Assembly (NCBI GenBank): GCA_963842085.1
Contig: CAWJET010000001.1
Location: forward strand, 1,792,001-1,856,000
Length of the DNA: 64,000 nucleotides
Direction: 5' to 3'
Origin: an uncultured delta proteobacterium
Lineage (GTDB): Bacteria > Desulfobacterota > Binatia > Binatales > Binataceae
The notes beneath the pieces are model-generated. The model was not told the origin of the DNA. It did no database searches and worked only from the letters and a program-made list of their open reading frames with translations. Both the position numbers and the translations under genes were made by a program. Shown one piece after another: positions 1 to 9,726 of this stretch. How positions within the stretch are numbered: position 1 is the stretch's first letter; each line of letters begins with the position of its first letter.

Positions 1-1
1 G

Positions 2-55
2 TTCTTCGACGACTTCAGTCACGGCGCGGTCAAGGGCGAGATTGTCTCGCGCTGA
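2..55 (+). CDS. C-terminal fragment of a probable EfeO/FtrB-type cupredoxin-domain protein (gene starts before the window)
   Basis: Frame from base 2 reads FFDDFSHGAVKGEIVSR*, resembling the 'Y.FFDDFH...KG.I.V' C-terminus of Cupredoxin_1 proteins. Only 17 aa visible. Confidence 0.5.
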   Translation, partial: FFDDFSHGAVKGEIVSR

Positions 56-548
56 CGCTCCGACGGGTCGCCGCGCGTGCCGGGTGATCCTTTGGTCAAC
101 AGCAATCGCGATGGTGACGGCACAGTTCGTCCGCATCGATCGTTCCAATCCCGCGGTGGACGGGGACTTGTCCGCGCCGCCGGTCGTCAAAAATGCCATT
201 CAGCGCGCCTGTTACGATTGCCATTCGAACCAAACGCGGTGGCCGTGGTACAGCGCCGTGGCGCCGGTCTCCTGGTGGATTCAATACGAGGTCGATGAGG
301 GGCGGAGGCGAATGAACTTCTCGTCATGGACCGACTACACGTCGGATCCCGGCACCGAGGATCAAAAGCTGGGCGAGGTCGCGCGACTGATTGCAAGCGA
401 TGCGATGCCGCCGTGGTACTACCGCGCGATGCATCCAGGGGCGCATCTGACGCAAAGCGAGCGTGCCGCTATCACGCGCTGGATCGTCGACGAGAAGTCC
501 TCGCACGCGTCGCCAGCCGGCGATCACTCCGAGCGTGGCGCGCGATGA
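42..548 (+). CDS. Heme-binding domain protein (Haem_bd-type monoheme cytochrome c)
   Basis: N-terminal hydrophobic anchor, CYDCH heme motif followed by HSNQTRWPWYS..APVSW and MPP..Y...H, typical of the family. TTG start overlaps the upstream stop region. Confidence 0.85.
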   Translation: MSRADAPTGRRACRVILWSTAIAMVTAQFVRIDRSNPAVDGDLSAPPVVKNAIQRACYDCHSNQTRWPWYSAVAPVSWWIQYEVDEGRRRMNFSSWTDYTSDPGTEDQKLGEVARLIASDAMPPWYYRAMHPGAHLTQSERAAITRWIVDEKSSHASPAGDHSERGAR

Positions 549-1351
549 GTCTGCGGACGATCGTTCTCGCCGCGGCGCTCGTGCTGATCGCCGCAAACGC
601 GTCCGCGCAAGTCGATCCTTTCGAGTTCGAGGTGTACCCGTATCAAACCGAAGGCAAGGGCATGGTCGAGCTGGAATCGCTCAACAGCTTCGTGCCGAAC
701 GGTCATAACCATGGCGATGACGGCACGTCGGCCGGCGATTTCCCCAGCCAGGACATGTATCGCACGGCGTTCGAACTGACCTACGGCCTTACCGACCACG
801 TCGAGGGCGCCGCCTACCTCAATCTCGCCCATCCCAACGCCGAGTCGTTTCAATACGCGGGCTCGAAGTTTCGCGTGCGGGGCAGCCTGTTCGAGCAGGG
901 CGAGTTGCCGATCGATTTGGGCTGGTACCTCGAGATGGAATGGCATCGGACGCCGCAATTCGACGACAACCAGCTCGAACTCGAGCTGAAACCGATTATC
1001 GAGAAAGATTTCCGGAAGGTCGAAGTCGAACTCAATCCGATTTTCGAAAAGGGCGTTTTCGTCGGACCCAACAAGAACAAAGGATTCGAGTTCGGCTACG
1101 CCGCGGGGATCTACTACGACTACCTGCGCGAGATTTCGCCGGGCCTCGAGTTCTACGGCGCGCTCGGCCTGATCGACGACAACGACCCGCTGCACGCGCA
1201 GCAGCACTATATCTTCCCGGTGCTCAAGGGCGAGGTGCCGGGTGGAATCGAATACAACGTCGGTCCCGGCATCGGCCTCACGCGCGGCTCCGACCGGGTG
1301 CTGATCAAGTTCAATCTCGAGCTCGAGCACTTCGTCGGCTCGCTGTTCTAG
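545..1351 (+). CDS. Putative outer-membrane beta-barrel protein
   Basis: ATG at 545 overlaps upstream TGA (ATGA). Signal peptide MSLRTIVLAAALVLIAANASA, alternating aromatic/hydrophobic strands, C-terminal Phe. Confidence 0.7.
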   Translation: MSLRTIVLAAALVLIAANASAQVDPFEFEVYPYQTEGKGMVELESLNSFVPNGHNHGDDGTSAGDFPSQDMYRTAFELTYGLTDHVEGAAYLNLAHPNAESFQYAGSKFRVRGSLFEQGELPIDLGWYLEMEWHRTPQFDDNQLELELKPIIEKDFRKVEVELNPIFEKGVFVGPNKNKGFEFGYAAGIYYDYLREISPGLEFYGALGLIDDNDPLHAQQHYIFPVLKGEVPGGIEYNVGPGIGLTRGSDRVLIKFNLELEHFVGSLF

Positions 1352-2319
1352 GCTTTGCCTGCGAATGCGTATTGGTTAGTCGCGCGGATCAGTTCCCTGG
1401 TGATGCCCGCGTTGGAGGCGTCGTGTCCGGCGTCATCGACGATCGCAAGCTTGGCGCGCGGCCACACGCGCTTGAGGTCCCACGCCCAGCCGATCGGCGC
1501 CTGAAGGTCGAAGCGTCCATTCACCATGACGCCGGGAATGTCGGCAATCGCGCGTGCGCCGCGAAGGACGCTCCCGTCCTCGAGCCACGCGTCGTGCCGG
1601 ACGTAATGGGTCACGATGCGCGCGAACGCCATTGCATACGCGGGATCTCTGAACCGCGGCGACAGCCCATCAGCAGGCGGCCACGCTGGCGTCGCAGACT
1701 CCCACGTACACCATGCCAACGCGGCTCGATTGCGAATCGCGGGGTCGGGATCGTCCAGCAGCCGGCAGTAGGCATCGACGATATCGCCATCTCGCATAGC
1801 GGCGGGCACGGCATCGCGCAGACGCTCCCACTGCTCCGGGAATAGAATCGCTACGCCGCCGCGGAACAGCCAGTCGAACTCCATCCGGCGCCCCGTCGAG
1901 ACCCCAAACAAAATGATCTCCGTGACGCGATTCGGATAACGTTCCGCATAAGCGAGCGCCAGTATGCTGCCCCACGAACCGCCGAGTACCAGCCATCGCT
2001 CGATGCCCAGGTGCTGGCGGATTCGTTCGATATCCGCGACGAGGTTCAACGTGTGGTTACTCGCGAGATCCGTGTCAGGCGCGCTCGCATGCGGCGTGCT
2101 CCGTCCGCAATTGCGTTGATCGAACAGCACGACGCGATAGGCGTCCGGATCGAACAGCCTGCGATGCCACGGCGTGCATCCCGAGCCGGGACCGCCATGC
2201 AGGACGACGGCCGGCTTTCCGCGTGGATTGCCGCACGTCTCCCAGTACACGCGATTGCCGTCGCCAACCTCGAGCATGCCGTGCTCGTAAGGTTCGATCG
2301 CTGGATAAAGCTGCGTCAC
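1348..2319 (-). CDS. pip: Proline iminopeptidase (peptidase S33)
   Basis: LYP..EPY, HGGPGSG, FDQRNCGRS, GGSWGS nucleophile, GRFD and AGH catalytic Asp/His. Confidence 0.93.
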   Translation of the reverse strand: MTQLYPAIEPYEHGMLEVGDGNRVYWETCGNPRGKPAVVLHGGPGSGCTPWHRRLFDPDAYRVVLFDQRNCGRSTPHASAPDTDLASNHTLNLVADIERIRQHLGIERWLVLGGSWGSILALAYAERYPNRVTEIILFGVSTGRRMEFDWLFRGGVAILFPEQWERLRDAVPAAMRDGDIVDAYCRLLDDPDPAIRNRAALAWCTWESATPAWPPADGLSPRFRDPAYAMAFARIVTHYVRHDAWLEDGSVLRGARAIADIPGVMVNGRFDLQAPIGWAWDLKRVWPRAKLAIVDDAGHDASNAGITRELIRATNQYAFAGKA

Positions 2320-2422
2320 GCGGGTTCAGACTCGCACCTCGACGGCCCGATGTTCCAGTCTTTCAATTGTTCCGTCCAGTCGCGATACTTGGCCATCTGC
2401 TCCGGGGAAGGTCGGTCGCAAA

Positions 2423-5400
2423 ATGCATTGCGCGAAGTGCGGCATCGACAATGCCGCAGACGCCAGATTCTGCAATCAGTGCGCGACGCCACTCAGTCGG
2501 GCGTGTCCAAAATGCGCTCGTCTGAACGCGCCTGATGCGAAATTCTGCTCGCAATGTGCCGCCGTACTCGATGGGCAAGCCGCGGTTGGCTCGAACGTTT
2601 CGGTGCCGCCCCGGCCGCGCGGTGGTGTTCGCGTCGCGACGGAAGACTCTGACGCTCCTGCCCCGGCAGACGGAGAGCGCAAGACGGTCACCGCGCTGTT
2701 TGCCGACATCAAGGGCTCGACCGAGCTCGAGCAGGACCTCGATCCCGAAGAGGCGCGCGCAATTGTTGATCCCGCCCTCAAGCTGATGATCGACGCGGTG
2801 CAGCGCTACGACGGTTACGTCGTGCAGTCGACCGGCGACGGCATCTTCGCACTGTTCGGCGCGCCGGTTGCGCACGAGGACCATCCGCAGCGCGCACTGT
2901 ACGCCGCGCTGCGCCTGCAAGAAGAGCTGAAGCGTTACTCGGCTAGGTTGCGCGAGGCCGGCAACCTGCCACTCGAAGCGCGCGTCGGTGTGAACACTGG
3001 CGAGGTTGTCGTTCGTTCGATCACTACCGGCGCGGGCCACACCGAGTACACGCCAATCGGCCATACGGCCAATCTTGCCTCTCGGATGCAGGCGCTCGCG
3101 CCGACCGGCTCGATCGCCATCAGTGAGCAAACGCGCAAGTTCTGCGAAGGTTACTTCACGCTCAAACCGCTGGGTCCGACCAAGGTCAAGGGCGTTACCG
3201 AGCCCGTCAACGTTTACGAAGTAACGGGACTTGGACCCTGCGCACGCGGCTGCAACGCTCGGCGGGACGCGGTTTGTCGAAATTCGTGGGTCGGCAGGCC
3301 GAGATGGACATGCTCAAGCGCGCGGCCGAGCGGGCCAAGGAGGGACGCGGGCAGATCGTCGCGGCGATGGCGGAACCGGGAGTGGGCAAGTCACGGCTGT
3401 TTTTCGAGTTCAAGGCGACTTCGCAATCTGGATGGATGGTGCTCGAAGCCTTCTCAGTCTCGCACGGCAAGGCGTCGGCGTTCGTGCCGGTGATCGATCT
3501 GCTCTGGAGCTATTTCAGGATTACCTCCGATGACGACGAGCGCACGCGCCGCGAGAAGATCAACGGCAAGATCCTCACGCTCGACCGCTCGCTGGAGGAC
3601 GTGCTGCCATACTTGCACGCGCTGCTCGGTCTGAGTGAACAGAACAGTCCGCTCGCCGAGATCGAGCCGCAGACCCGCAAGCGCCGCTCGCTGGACGCGA
3701 TCAAGCGCATCCTGCTGCGCGAGAGTCTCAGCCAGCCGCTGATAGTGATCTTCGAGGACTTGCACTGGGTCGATGAAGAGTCGCAGGGATTTCTGAATCT
3801 GCTCGCCGACTCCATCGGCACCGCGCGCATCCTGATGCTGGTCAACTATCGACCCGAGTACCGCCATGAGTGGGGTCACAAGACCTACTACACGCAGTTG
3901 CGGCTCGACCCGCTCGGCAAAGAGAGCGCCGATGAGATGCTGAGCGCGCTGCTCGGCGAAAGCAAGGAACTGGCGCCGCTCAAGCGCCTGATCATAGAGC
4001 GCACCGAAGGCAACCCGTTCTTCATGGAAGAGACGGTGCAGGTGCTGCTCGACGAAGGGGTTCTGGTGCGCAACGGAACTACCAAACTCACCAAGCCGCT
4101 CGCACAACTGAAGATTCCGCCTACGGTGCAGGACATTCTCGCCTCGCGAATCGACCGGCTGGCGCCGGATCAGAAGGACCTGCTCCAGACCCTCTCGGTA
4201 ATTGGCACTGAGTTCAAACTCGGTCTGGTCCGTAAAGTGGTCGCGAAGCCGGGACCGGAGTTGGAGCCGATGCTCTCAGAACTCCAGCTGGGCGAGTTCA
4301 TCTACGAGCAGCCCGCGGTCGGCGACATCGAGTACACCTTCAAGCACGCGCTGACCCACGACGTCGCCTACCACTCGGTGCTGAACGAGCGCCGCCGAAT
4401 GCTGCACGGACGAATCGGCGCGGCGCTGGAGTCGATCTACGCCGACAGCCTCGACGACCACGTCGCCGAGTTGGCGCATCACTGCGCGCGCAGCGGCAAT
4501 CCGGGCAAGGCGGTGGAATATTGCCTGCGTGCCGTCCGGCAGTGCGCTCATCGAGGTTCATTTGCCGAAGCCGTCGCGCAGTTTGAGACCGCGCTCGAAT
4601 TACTGCAGAAGCTTCCCGATGACGACCGGCGCGCCGAGCTGGAACTGGACCTCAGAAACGCAGTGGGTGTGGCACTGTCCGTAATCAAGGGCTACGGCTC
4701 GCCCGAAGACAAGCAATCGTCCGCGCGCGCAGTAGAGCTTTGCCGGCGGCCCGAGGTCGACTGGGTAAAGAGATGGTCAGCACTTCGCATAGCATTTGTT
4801 CCCCGCGTGGGCGACCTGCGTGCGGGCGAAATAGCCGCCGAGCTGGTTGCCTTGGCTGAGGAGCACGGCGGCGCGGAACGTATTGCGGAAGCGGTGACCC
4901 TCTTGGCACAAAATAGAATGTTTTTGGGCGACTTCGAGCCAGCCGCCCAAGGCTACGACCGGGCGTGGGCGACGTGGGAATCCACAGGGAAACCGGCCTT
5001 GCGCGGCAACTGGATGGCGTCCCACTACCGCATGCAGTCGGCATACAACCTTTGGTTCCTGGGTTACCCTGACCGCGCAGTGGAGCGAGCAATTATTGCG
5101 ACCGCGAACGCCCAAGAATCCGGGTCGAAGCTTATCCTGTCAGAGGTACACTACTGGGCAGCCGCTCTTTATGAACTCCGCCGCGAAATGGACCATATGA
5201 CGGAGCGGGCAGAAACAGCGCTGGCAGCAGCGAGCGAAGTGGGCAATCGTGTTATTCGCAGTCTCAGCGAAATTTACCTCGGGTGGGCGGATGCGATAGC
5301 CGGTGATCTCGAGGGCGGCATCGCTCGGATGAGAGCTGGAGGAACCTCACGTCCCATCCTGATTGCCACCGCTCTGGGTCGGATGGGGCGGTTCGATGAA

Positions 5401-5748
5401 GGTCTTCGCACGATCGATGAGTCATTCCCGTTCATCGAGAGAACCGGCTCGCGGTTATATGAGGCGGAGATGCGTCGAGTAAAGGGTGAATTGTTGCTGG
5501 CGCAGGACGCATCGAACGCCGCGCCAGCGGGGCAATCCTTCCGCACCGCAATCGAAATCTCGCGCAAGCAGCACGCGAAGTCGTGGGAATTGCGCGCGAC
5601 CACGAGTCTCGCGCGGCTGCTTGCGACGCAGGGACATCGCGACGAGGCGCGCGCGATGCTCGCCGAGATCTACCACTGGTTCACCGAGGGCTTCGACACC
5701 GCCGACTTGAAAGACGCGAAAGCCCTGCTCGACGAATTAAAACCTTAG
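2423..5748 (+). pseudogene. Double zinc ribbon + class III nucleotide cyclase + AAA (STAND-like) ATPase + TPR protein, split by a 1-nt frameshift near 3236-3238 (pseudogene or sequencing error)
   Basis: ORF 2423..3493 has four CxxC, LFADIKGST, TGDG, GHTANLASR. ORF 3274..5748 has FVGR, Walker A EPGVGKS, Walker B FEDLHW, EGNPFF and a TPR-like C-terminus (WFTEGFDTADL). Adding one base to ggaCCCtg restores GPLRTRLQRSAGRGLSKFVGR. Confidence 0.85.
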
Positions 5749-5814
5749 CGGCTCGGACTCTGCCAGCGCATCACCGCCGATAAATCGGACAAGCTCGACG
5801 CACCATGGCGCCTC

Positions 5815-5874
5815 TTGACAGTATCGCGCCACGGTCATATGGTGAGCATCTACTCACTGAGTTGATACTCAGTG
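5815..5874 (+). promoter_or_regulatory. Sigma-70 promoter with two tandem palindromic operators, probably TetR autoregulatory sites
   Basis: TTGACA (5815-5820), 17 bp, TATGGT (5838-5843); GTGAG-N6-CTCAC (5842-5857) and CACTGAGT-N4-ACTCAGTG (5855-5874). Confidence 0.7.
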
Positions 5875-5890
5875 GAAGACTTGGAGCGCG

Positions 5891-6478
5891 ATGCAGGCAG
5901 CGACACGGCGGGAGCAAAAAGTGGTGACGCGGGACCGGTTGGTCAATGCGGCCATGGCGCTGTTCGCGCGCAAGGGCATCGTCAATACGACGACTGCCGA
6001 TGTGGCCAGGTCGGTTCGCATGTCGCACGGCGTCGTGTTCCTGCATTTTCCCCGGCGCGACGACCTGGTGATCGCCGTGATCGACGAGTTCGGGCGCCGG
6101 CTGTCGGCCGAGTTTCGGCAGGCCTTCGAGCGTGACCTTGGCCTCCGCGCCGTTCTGCAGGCGCATCTGCGCGTGCTCGCCGAGTTCGAGCCGTTCTACG
6201 CGCGGCTGGTGACCGAAGCGCCGATGCTGCCGCCCAAAGTGCGCAGCACTCTGATGATGCTGCACGCTGCCGTGTCCTACGAGCTGTTCATCGCGCTGGA
6301 GCGCGAACGCAAGGCGGGCCGCGCGCGCAAGATCGAACGGCCACTGCTGTTCAATACCTGGATCGGGCTGGTGCATCACTACCTCGTCAATCGGGACGTG
6401 TTCGCCACCGGGGACTCCGTGATCGCGGAGCAGGGAGAAACCCTGGTGAATCATTTTATGACGCTGATGAAATCGTAA
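5891..6478 (+). CDS. TetR/AcrR family transcriptional regulator
   Basis: N-terminal HTH: LVNAAMALFARKG...TTTADVA...SHGVVFLHFP.RDDL. Confidence 0.92.
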   Translation: MQAATRREQKVVTRDRLVNAAMALFARKGIVNTTTADVARSVRMSHGVVFLHFPRRDDLVIAVIDEFGRRLSAEFRQAFERDLGLRAVLQAHLRVLAEFEPFYARLVTEAPMLPPKVRSTLMMLHAAVSYELFIALERERKAGRARKIERPLLFNTWIGLVHHYLVNRDVFATGDSVIAEQGETLVNHFMTLMKS

Positions 6479-6492
6479 AAGGAGAAAAGACC

Positions 6493-6747
6493 ATGGCTGA
6501 AAAATGTCCCGCTTGTGGTTCATGCGGAATGCCGATGGAGAAACCCGAAGACTACGCGCTCGGCGACGTGACGCACCCCTACTGCCGCTATTGCACCGAC
6601 GCGCGCGGCGAGCTGCTGCCCTACGAGCAGGTGCTCGCGACCAACGCCCGCTTCTACGTGGAGTCGCAGGGCGTCACGCCTGCGGCGGCGAACGCGATGG
6701 CGCGCGCGATGCTGGCGGACATGCCCGCGTGGCGCGGTAGACATTAA
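6493..6747 (+). CDS. Zinc-ribbon domain protein (Zn_ribbon_2-like)
   Basis: CGSCGMP...YCRYC and terminal MPAW; strong RBS AAGGAG. Confidence 0.8.
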   Translation: MAEKCPACGSCGMPMEKPEDYALGDVTHPYCRYCTDARGELLPYEQVLATNARFYVESQGVTPAAANAMARAMLADMPAWRGRH

Positions 6748-6792
6748 GGATTCGAAGAACAAAAAACGAAAATTCAGAACAAGGAGAAAGTC

Positions 6793-7155
6793 ATGTTTGA
6801 TCACATCCAGCTGAAGGTGAAGGACCTCAAATCGAGCAAGCGCTTCTACACTGCCGCCTTGGCGCCGTTTGGGTTCAGCGTGCAGTACGATGCCGACGGC
6901 GTGGTAGGCTTCGGCCCCAAGGGCGCGCCGGCCTTGTGGTTGGCTGAGGGCGAGCCGCGCGGTCCCGTGCATGTCGCATTCACGGCGAAGGACCGCGCTG
7001 CCGTGCGGGCATTCTACGCGGCTGCTCTGCCGGCGGGCGGCAAGGACAATGGCAAGCCAGGGCTCAGGCCCGACTATTCCGCCAATTACTACGGCGGGTT
7101 CGTGAAGGATCCCGACGGCAACAACATCGAGGCCGTCTGCCATAAAGAAGAATAG
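6793..7155 (+). CDS. VOC/glyoxalase family protein
   Basis: FDHI...HVAF.A..R..V.AFY.AAL..GGKDNG.PG.R..Y...YYG.FV.DPDGNNIEAVC. Confidence 0.92.
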   Translation: MFDHIQLKVKDLKSSKRFYTAALAPFGFSVQYDADGVVGFGPKGAPALWLAEGEPRGPVHVAFTAKDRAAVRAFYAAALPAGGKDNGKPGLRPDYSANYYGGFVKDPDGNNIEAVCHKEE

Positions 7156-7164
7156 CTAAGGCGA

Positions 7165-7203
7165 GGGACTGTCCTGATCGGCCGCGTCGATCAGGGCAGT
7201 CCC
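7165..7203. repeat. Intergenic inverted repeat (16-bp stem hairpin)
   Basis: GGGACTGTCCTGATCG-gccgcgt-CGATCAGGGCAGTCCC with one G-T pair and no U-tract. Confidence 0.6.
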
Positions 7204-7225
7204 GAACGAGTTCAAGGAGGCGGTT

Positions 7226-7696
7226 ATGAATCTGGAAGGTGGATGTTCATGCGGAGCTATCCGCTACAAACTGACCAACAGTCCGCTAATCGTTCATGCC
7301 TGCCACTGCCGGGATTGCCAGCGCGTCACCGGCAGCGGCTTTGTGGTCAACATCTGGATCGAGAAGCAGTTCGTGGAAAGGACGGGCGCAGTTCCGAAGT
7401 CATTCACGCTCAAGGGAGGCACCGGCAAGGATCACGAGGTGTTCTTCTGCGACAAGTGCGGCACCTACGTCTGGAGCCGTTATCAGGTCGCGCCCGGCGG
7501 CGACGCCTTGTTCGTTCGGGCAGGGACGCTGGATAATCCCGACGCGGTCACGCCTGACGTGCACATCTTTACCAGGAGCAAGTTGCCGTGGCTGAGACTT
7601 CCGGAGGGTGCGACCGCGTTCGAGACAGCATACAAGATCGACGACGTCTGGCCGGCGGCGAGCAAGGAGCGTCTGCGTCGCAATGCCGAGCGCTAG
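7226..7696 (+). CDS. GFA (glutathione-dependent formaldehyde-activating) family protein
   Basis: GGCSCGAIRY...CHCRDCQ...FCDKCGT...GTLD...HIFT.SK.PW. Confidence 0.92.
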   Translation: MNLEGGCSCGAIRYKLTNSPLIVHACHCRDCQRVTGSGFVVNIWIEKQFVERTGAVPKSFTLKGGTGKDHEVFFCDKCGTYVWSRYQVAPGGDALFVRAGTLDNPDAVTPDVHIFTRSKLPWLRLPEGATAFETAYKIDDVWPAASKERLRRNAER

Positions 7697-7717
7697 AGCT
7701 GGTCTTGCCGCGACGCG

Positions 7718-8263
7718 TCAGTAGTTCGTATCCAGCCCCGATGAGGAGCTGTAGTGGGTATCCAACCCTGACGAGGAATAGTGGGTATCCAGCCCCTGAC
7801 GATTGTTGTTGAATTGGCTGGGCGGAAAGCGATCGGAAGAGGACAGGTCGGTGCGAGTGGGGAATCGATCCTTATCCTGGAATCGTGCGGACGAATCGGC
7901 GAACCTGTCAGAGTTTTGTCCGCTCTGAAACTGTGACTTTGGCCAGCGCGATTGCGAGGCCGCTCCTCCAGTCATCGAGCCCGCCCGCGAATCGAAATTG
8001 CCACCAGCGGCAGAAGACGACGCAGCCCCGGCCCTTTCCTCAAAGGTGCTGCCCAATGAGCTGGCGCCCCACGTCCGCGACCCTCCGCCCAAGTCGTCCG
8101 AGCCGACCGTGGACCCGATGCTGGTACCCATCGAGCTGCCGCCGGTTCCGACTCCCGCCGTCGTGGTTGCGTACTCGCCCATCGTTTGCGCGTTCGCATG
8201 CGGCGCGAATACTGCGAGCCCCGCGATTAGCGCGGCTGGTACGATCATCTTGACGAGTCTCAT
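7718..8263 (-). CDS. Secreted low-complexity Gly/Ser-rich hypothetical protein with C-terminal peptide repeats
   Basis: Signal peptide ending HANA, RBS GGGAGG, repeated xDRF motifs and 3x GLDT(H/N)Y(SSS). Confidence 0.7.
   Translation of the reverse strand: MRLVKMIVPAALIAGLAVFAPHANAQTMGEYATTTAGVGTGGSSMGTSIGSTVGSDDLGGGSRTWGASSLGSTFEERAGAASSSAAGGNFDSRAGSMTGGAASQSRWPKSQFQSGQNSDRFADSSARFQDKDRFPTRTDLSSSDRFPPSQFNNNRQGLDTHYSSSGLDTHYSSSSGLDTNY
7720..7798 (-). repeat. Three imperfect 27-30 bp coding tandem repeats (GLDTHYSSS)
   Basis: Repeated gtagtgggtatcca(a/g)ccc units on the + strand. Confidence 0.7.
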
Positions 8264-8424
8264 GGCCTTCGACCTCCCCTGAGCCTACTGCCAGTAACGT
8301 TCGATACTGTAGTCGTAGCGTCAAGTACGAGGCAATAACCCGCCCGGGCGGTCGCACGCGAGCGGCCATGCTTGTTACCTATCAATCCCCGCGGTTAGTC
8401 TGGAATGGATACTCAAAGAAGACC

Positions 8425-9726
8425 GTGGACGAAATCGAAATCACTCCCCTGACCGCCCCGCTCGACGCCCGCGTCGTGCTGCCCGGCTCCAAGAGCATAA
8501 CGAACCGCGCGATGGTGCTGGCCGCGCTGGCGCAGGGCCGCTCGGTCCTCGAGGCGGTCCTGCTGAGCGACGACACGCGCTACATGAGCGACGCGCTGCG
8601 GGTGATGGGGTTCATCGTCGAGATTGACGAGCCGGCGCGCAGAATCACAGTCAGCGGGCGTGGCGGCACGATCCCGACGCGTGGCGGTGAGATCTTCGTC
8701 GGCGGCGCCGGCACCGTGATGCGATTTCTGGTCGCGATGGTCACGCTCGGCGAGGGACGTTTTCGGGTCGACGGCAATCAGCGGATGCGTCAGCGTCCGA
8801 TCGGTCCGCAGCTCGACGCGATGCAACGCCTGGGCGCCAGTGTGTACAGCGAGCGCGACAACAACTGCCCGCCGGTGATCGTCGATGCGTCCCGGGCGCG
8901 CTTCGAAGGGGGCGAAACTTCGATCGACGCGCGCGTCTCGTCGCAATTCGTCTCGGCAATGCTGATGCCGGCGCCGATCTGGAAGGCCGGCCTCAAGCTG
9001 CGGGTGATCGGAGACGCGGCGCGGCCGTTCATCGACATGACGCTCAGGCTGATGGAAGTGTGGGGCGCGCATAGCTCGGTCGAAGGCGAAACGATCGTAG
9101 TGCCCGGCGGCCAGTGGTATCGCGCGCAGCGCTTCATCGTCGAGCCGGACGCGTCGAGCGCAAGCTATTTTGCCGCGGCCGCCGCGCTGGTCGGCGGCAG
9201 CGTCCGAATCGAAGGCATCAGCTCGAACTCGGTGCAGGGCGACATCGGTTTTCTCGGCGTGCTGCAGCGGATGGGCGCGCGCGTGCTGTGGCATCCCGAC
9301 TATGTCGAGGTCGCGGGAACCGGGCAGCTTGCCGGCGTCGACGTGGCGATGAATTCGATGCCGGACATGGTGGCGACGCTCGCCGCGATTGCCCCATTCG
9401 CTTCGTCGCCGACCAGAATCCGCAACGTCGCGTTCATCCGGCATCACGAAAGCGATCGCATCCGCGCGCTCGCGACCGAACTGCGGCGGCTGGGTGCGAC
9501 CGTTATCGAGAACGACGACGGACTCGAGATTGCGCCGTCCGCGATGCATCCGGCGGCGGTCGAGACCTACGACGATCATCGAATCGCGATGAGTTTTGCG
9601 GTGACGGGTCTGAAACTCGGCGGCGTGAGGATCAAGGATCCCGGATGCGTCGCCAAGACTTTCCCGGATTTCTTCGAGCGTGTCGCCGCGCTTGGCAGCG
9701 CAGCAGCCTCTGGACGTGGCCAGTAA
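8425..9726 (+). CDS. aroA: 3-phosphoshikimate 1-carboxyvinyltransferase (EPSP synthase)
   Basis: PGSKSITNR, GAGT.MRF, SSQF.SA, EPDASSASYF, HESDRI, DDHRIAMSF, KTFPDF. GTG at 8425 is the likely start; the ORF track extends to 8368. Confidence 0.96.
   Translation: MDEIEITPLTAPLDARVVLPGSKSITNRAMVLAALAQGRSVLEAVLLSDDTRYMSDALRVMGFIVEIDEPARRITVSGRGGTIPTRGGEIFVGGAGTVMRFLVAMVTLGEGRFRVDGNQRMRQRPIGPQLDAMQRLGASVYSERDNNCPPVIVDASRARFEGGETSIDARVSSQFVSAMLMPAPIWKAGLKLRVIGDAARPFIDMTLRLMEVWGAHSSVEGETIVVPGGQWYRAQRFIVEPDASSASYFAAAAALVGGSVRIEGISSNSVQGDIGFLGVLQRMGARVLWHPDYVEVAGTGQLAGVDVAMNSMPDMVATLAAIAPFASSPTRIRNVAFIRHHESDRIRALATELRRLGATVIENDDGLEIAPSAMHPAAVETYDDHRIAMSFAVTGLKLGGVRIKDPGCVAKTFPDFFERVAALGSAAASGRGQ

Noticed and set aside
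7165-7203. Rho-independent terminator
   Set aside because: Strong stem but no U-tract on either strand; kept only as an inverted repeat.
7720-7798. Short direct repeats that could resemble a mini-CRISPR
   Set aside because: No unique spacers, in-frame coding repeats, and no cas genes.
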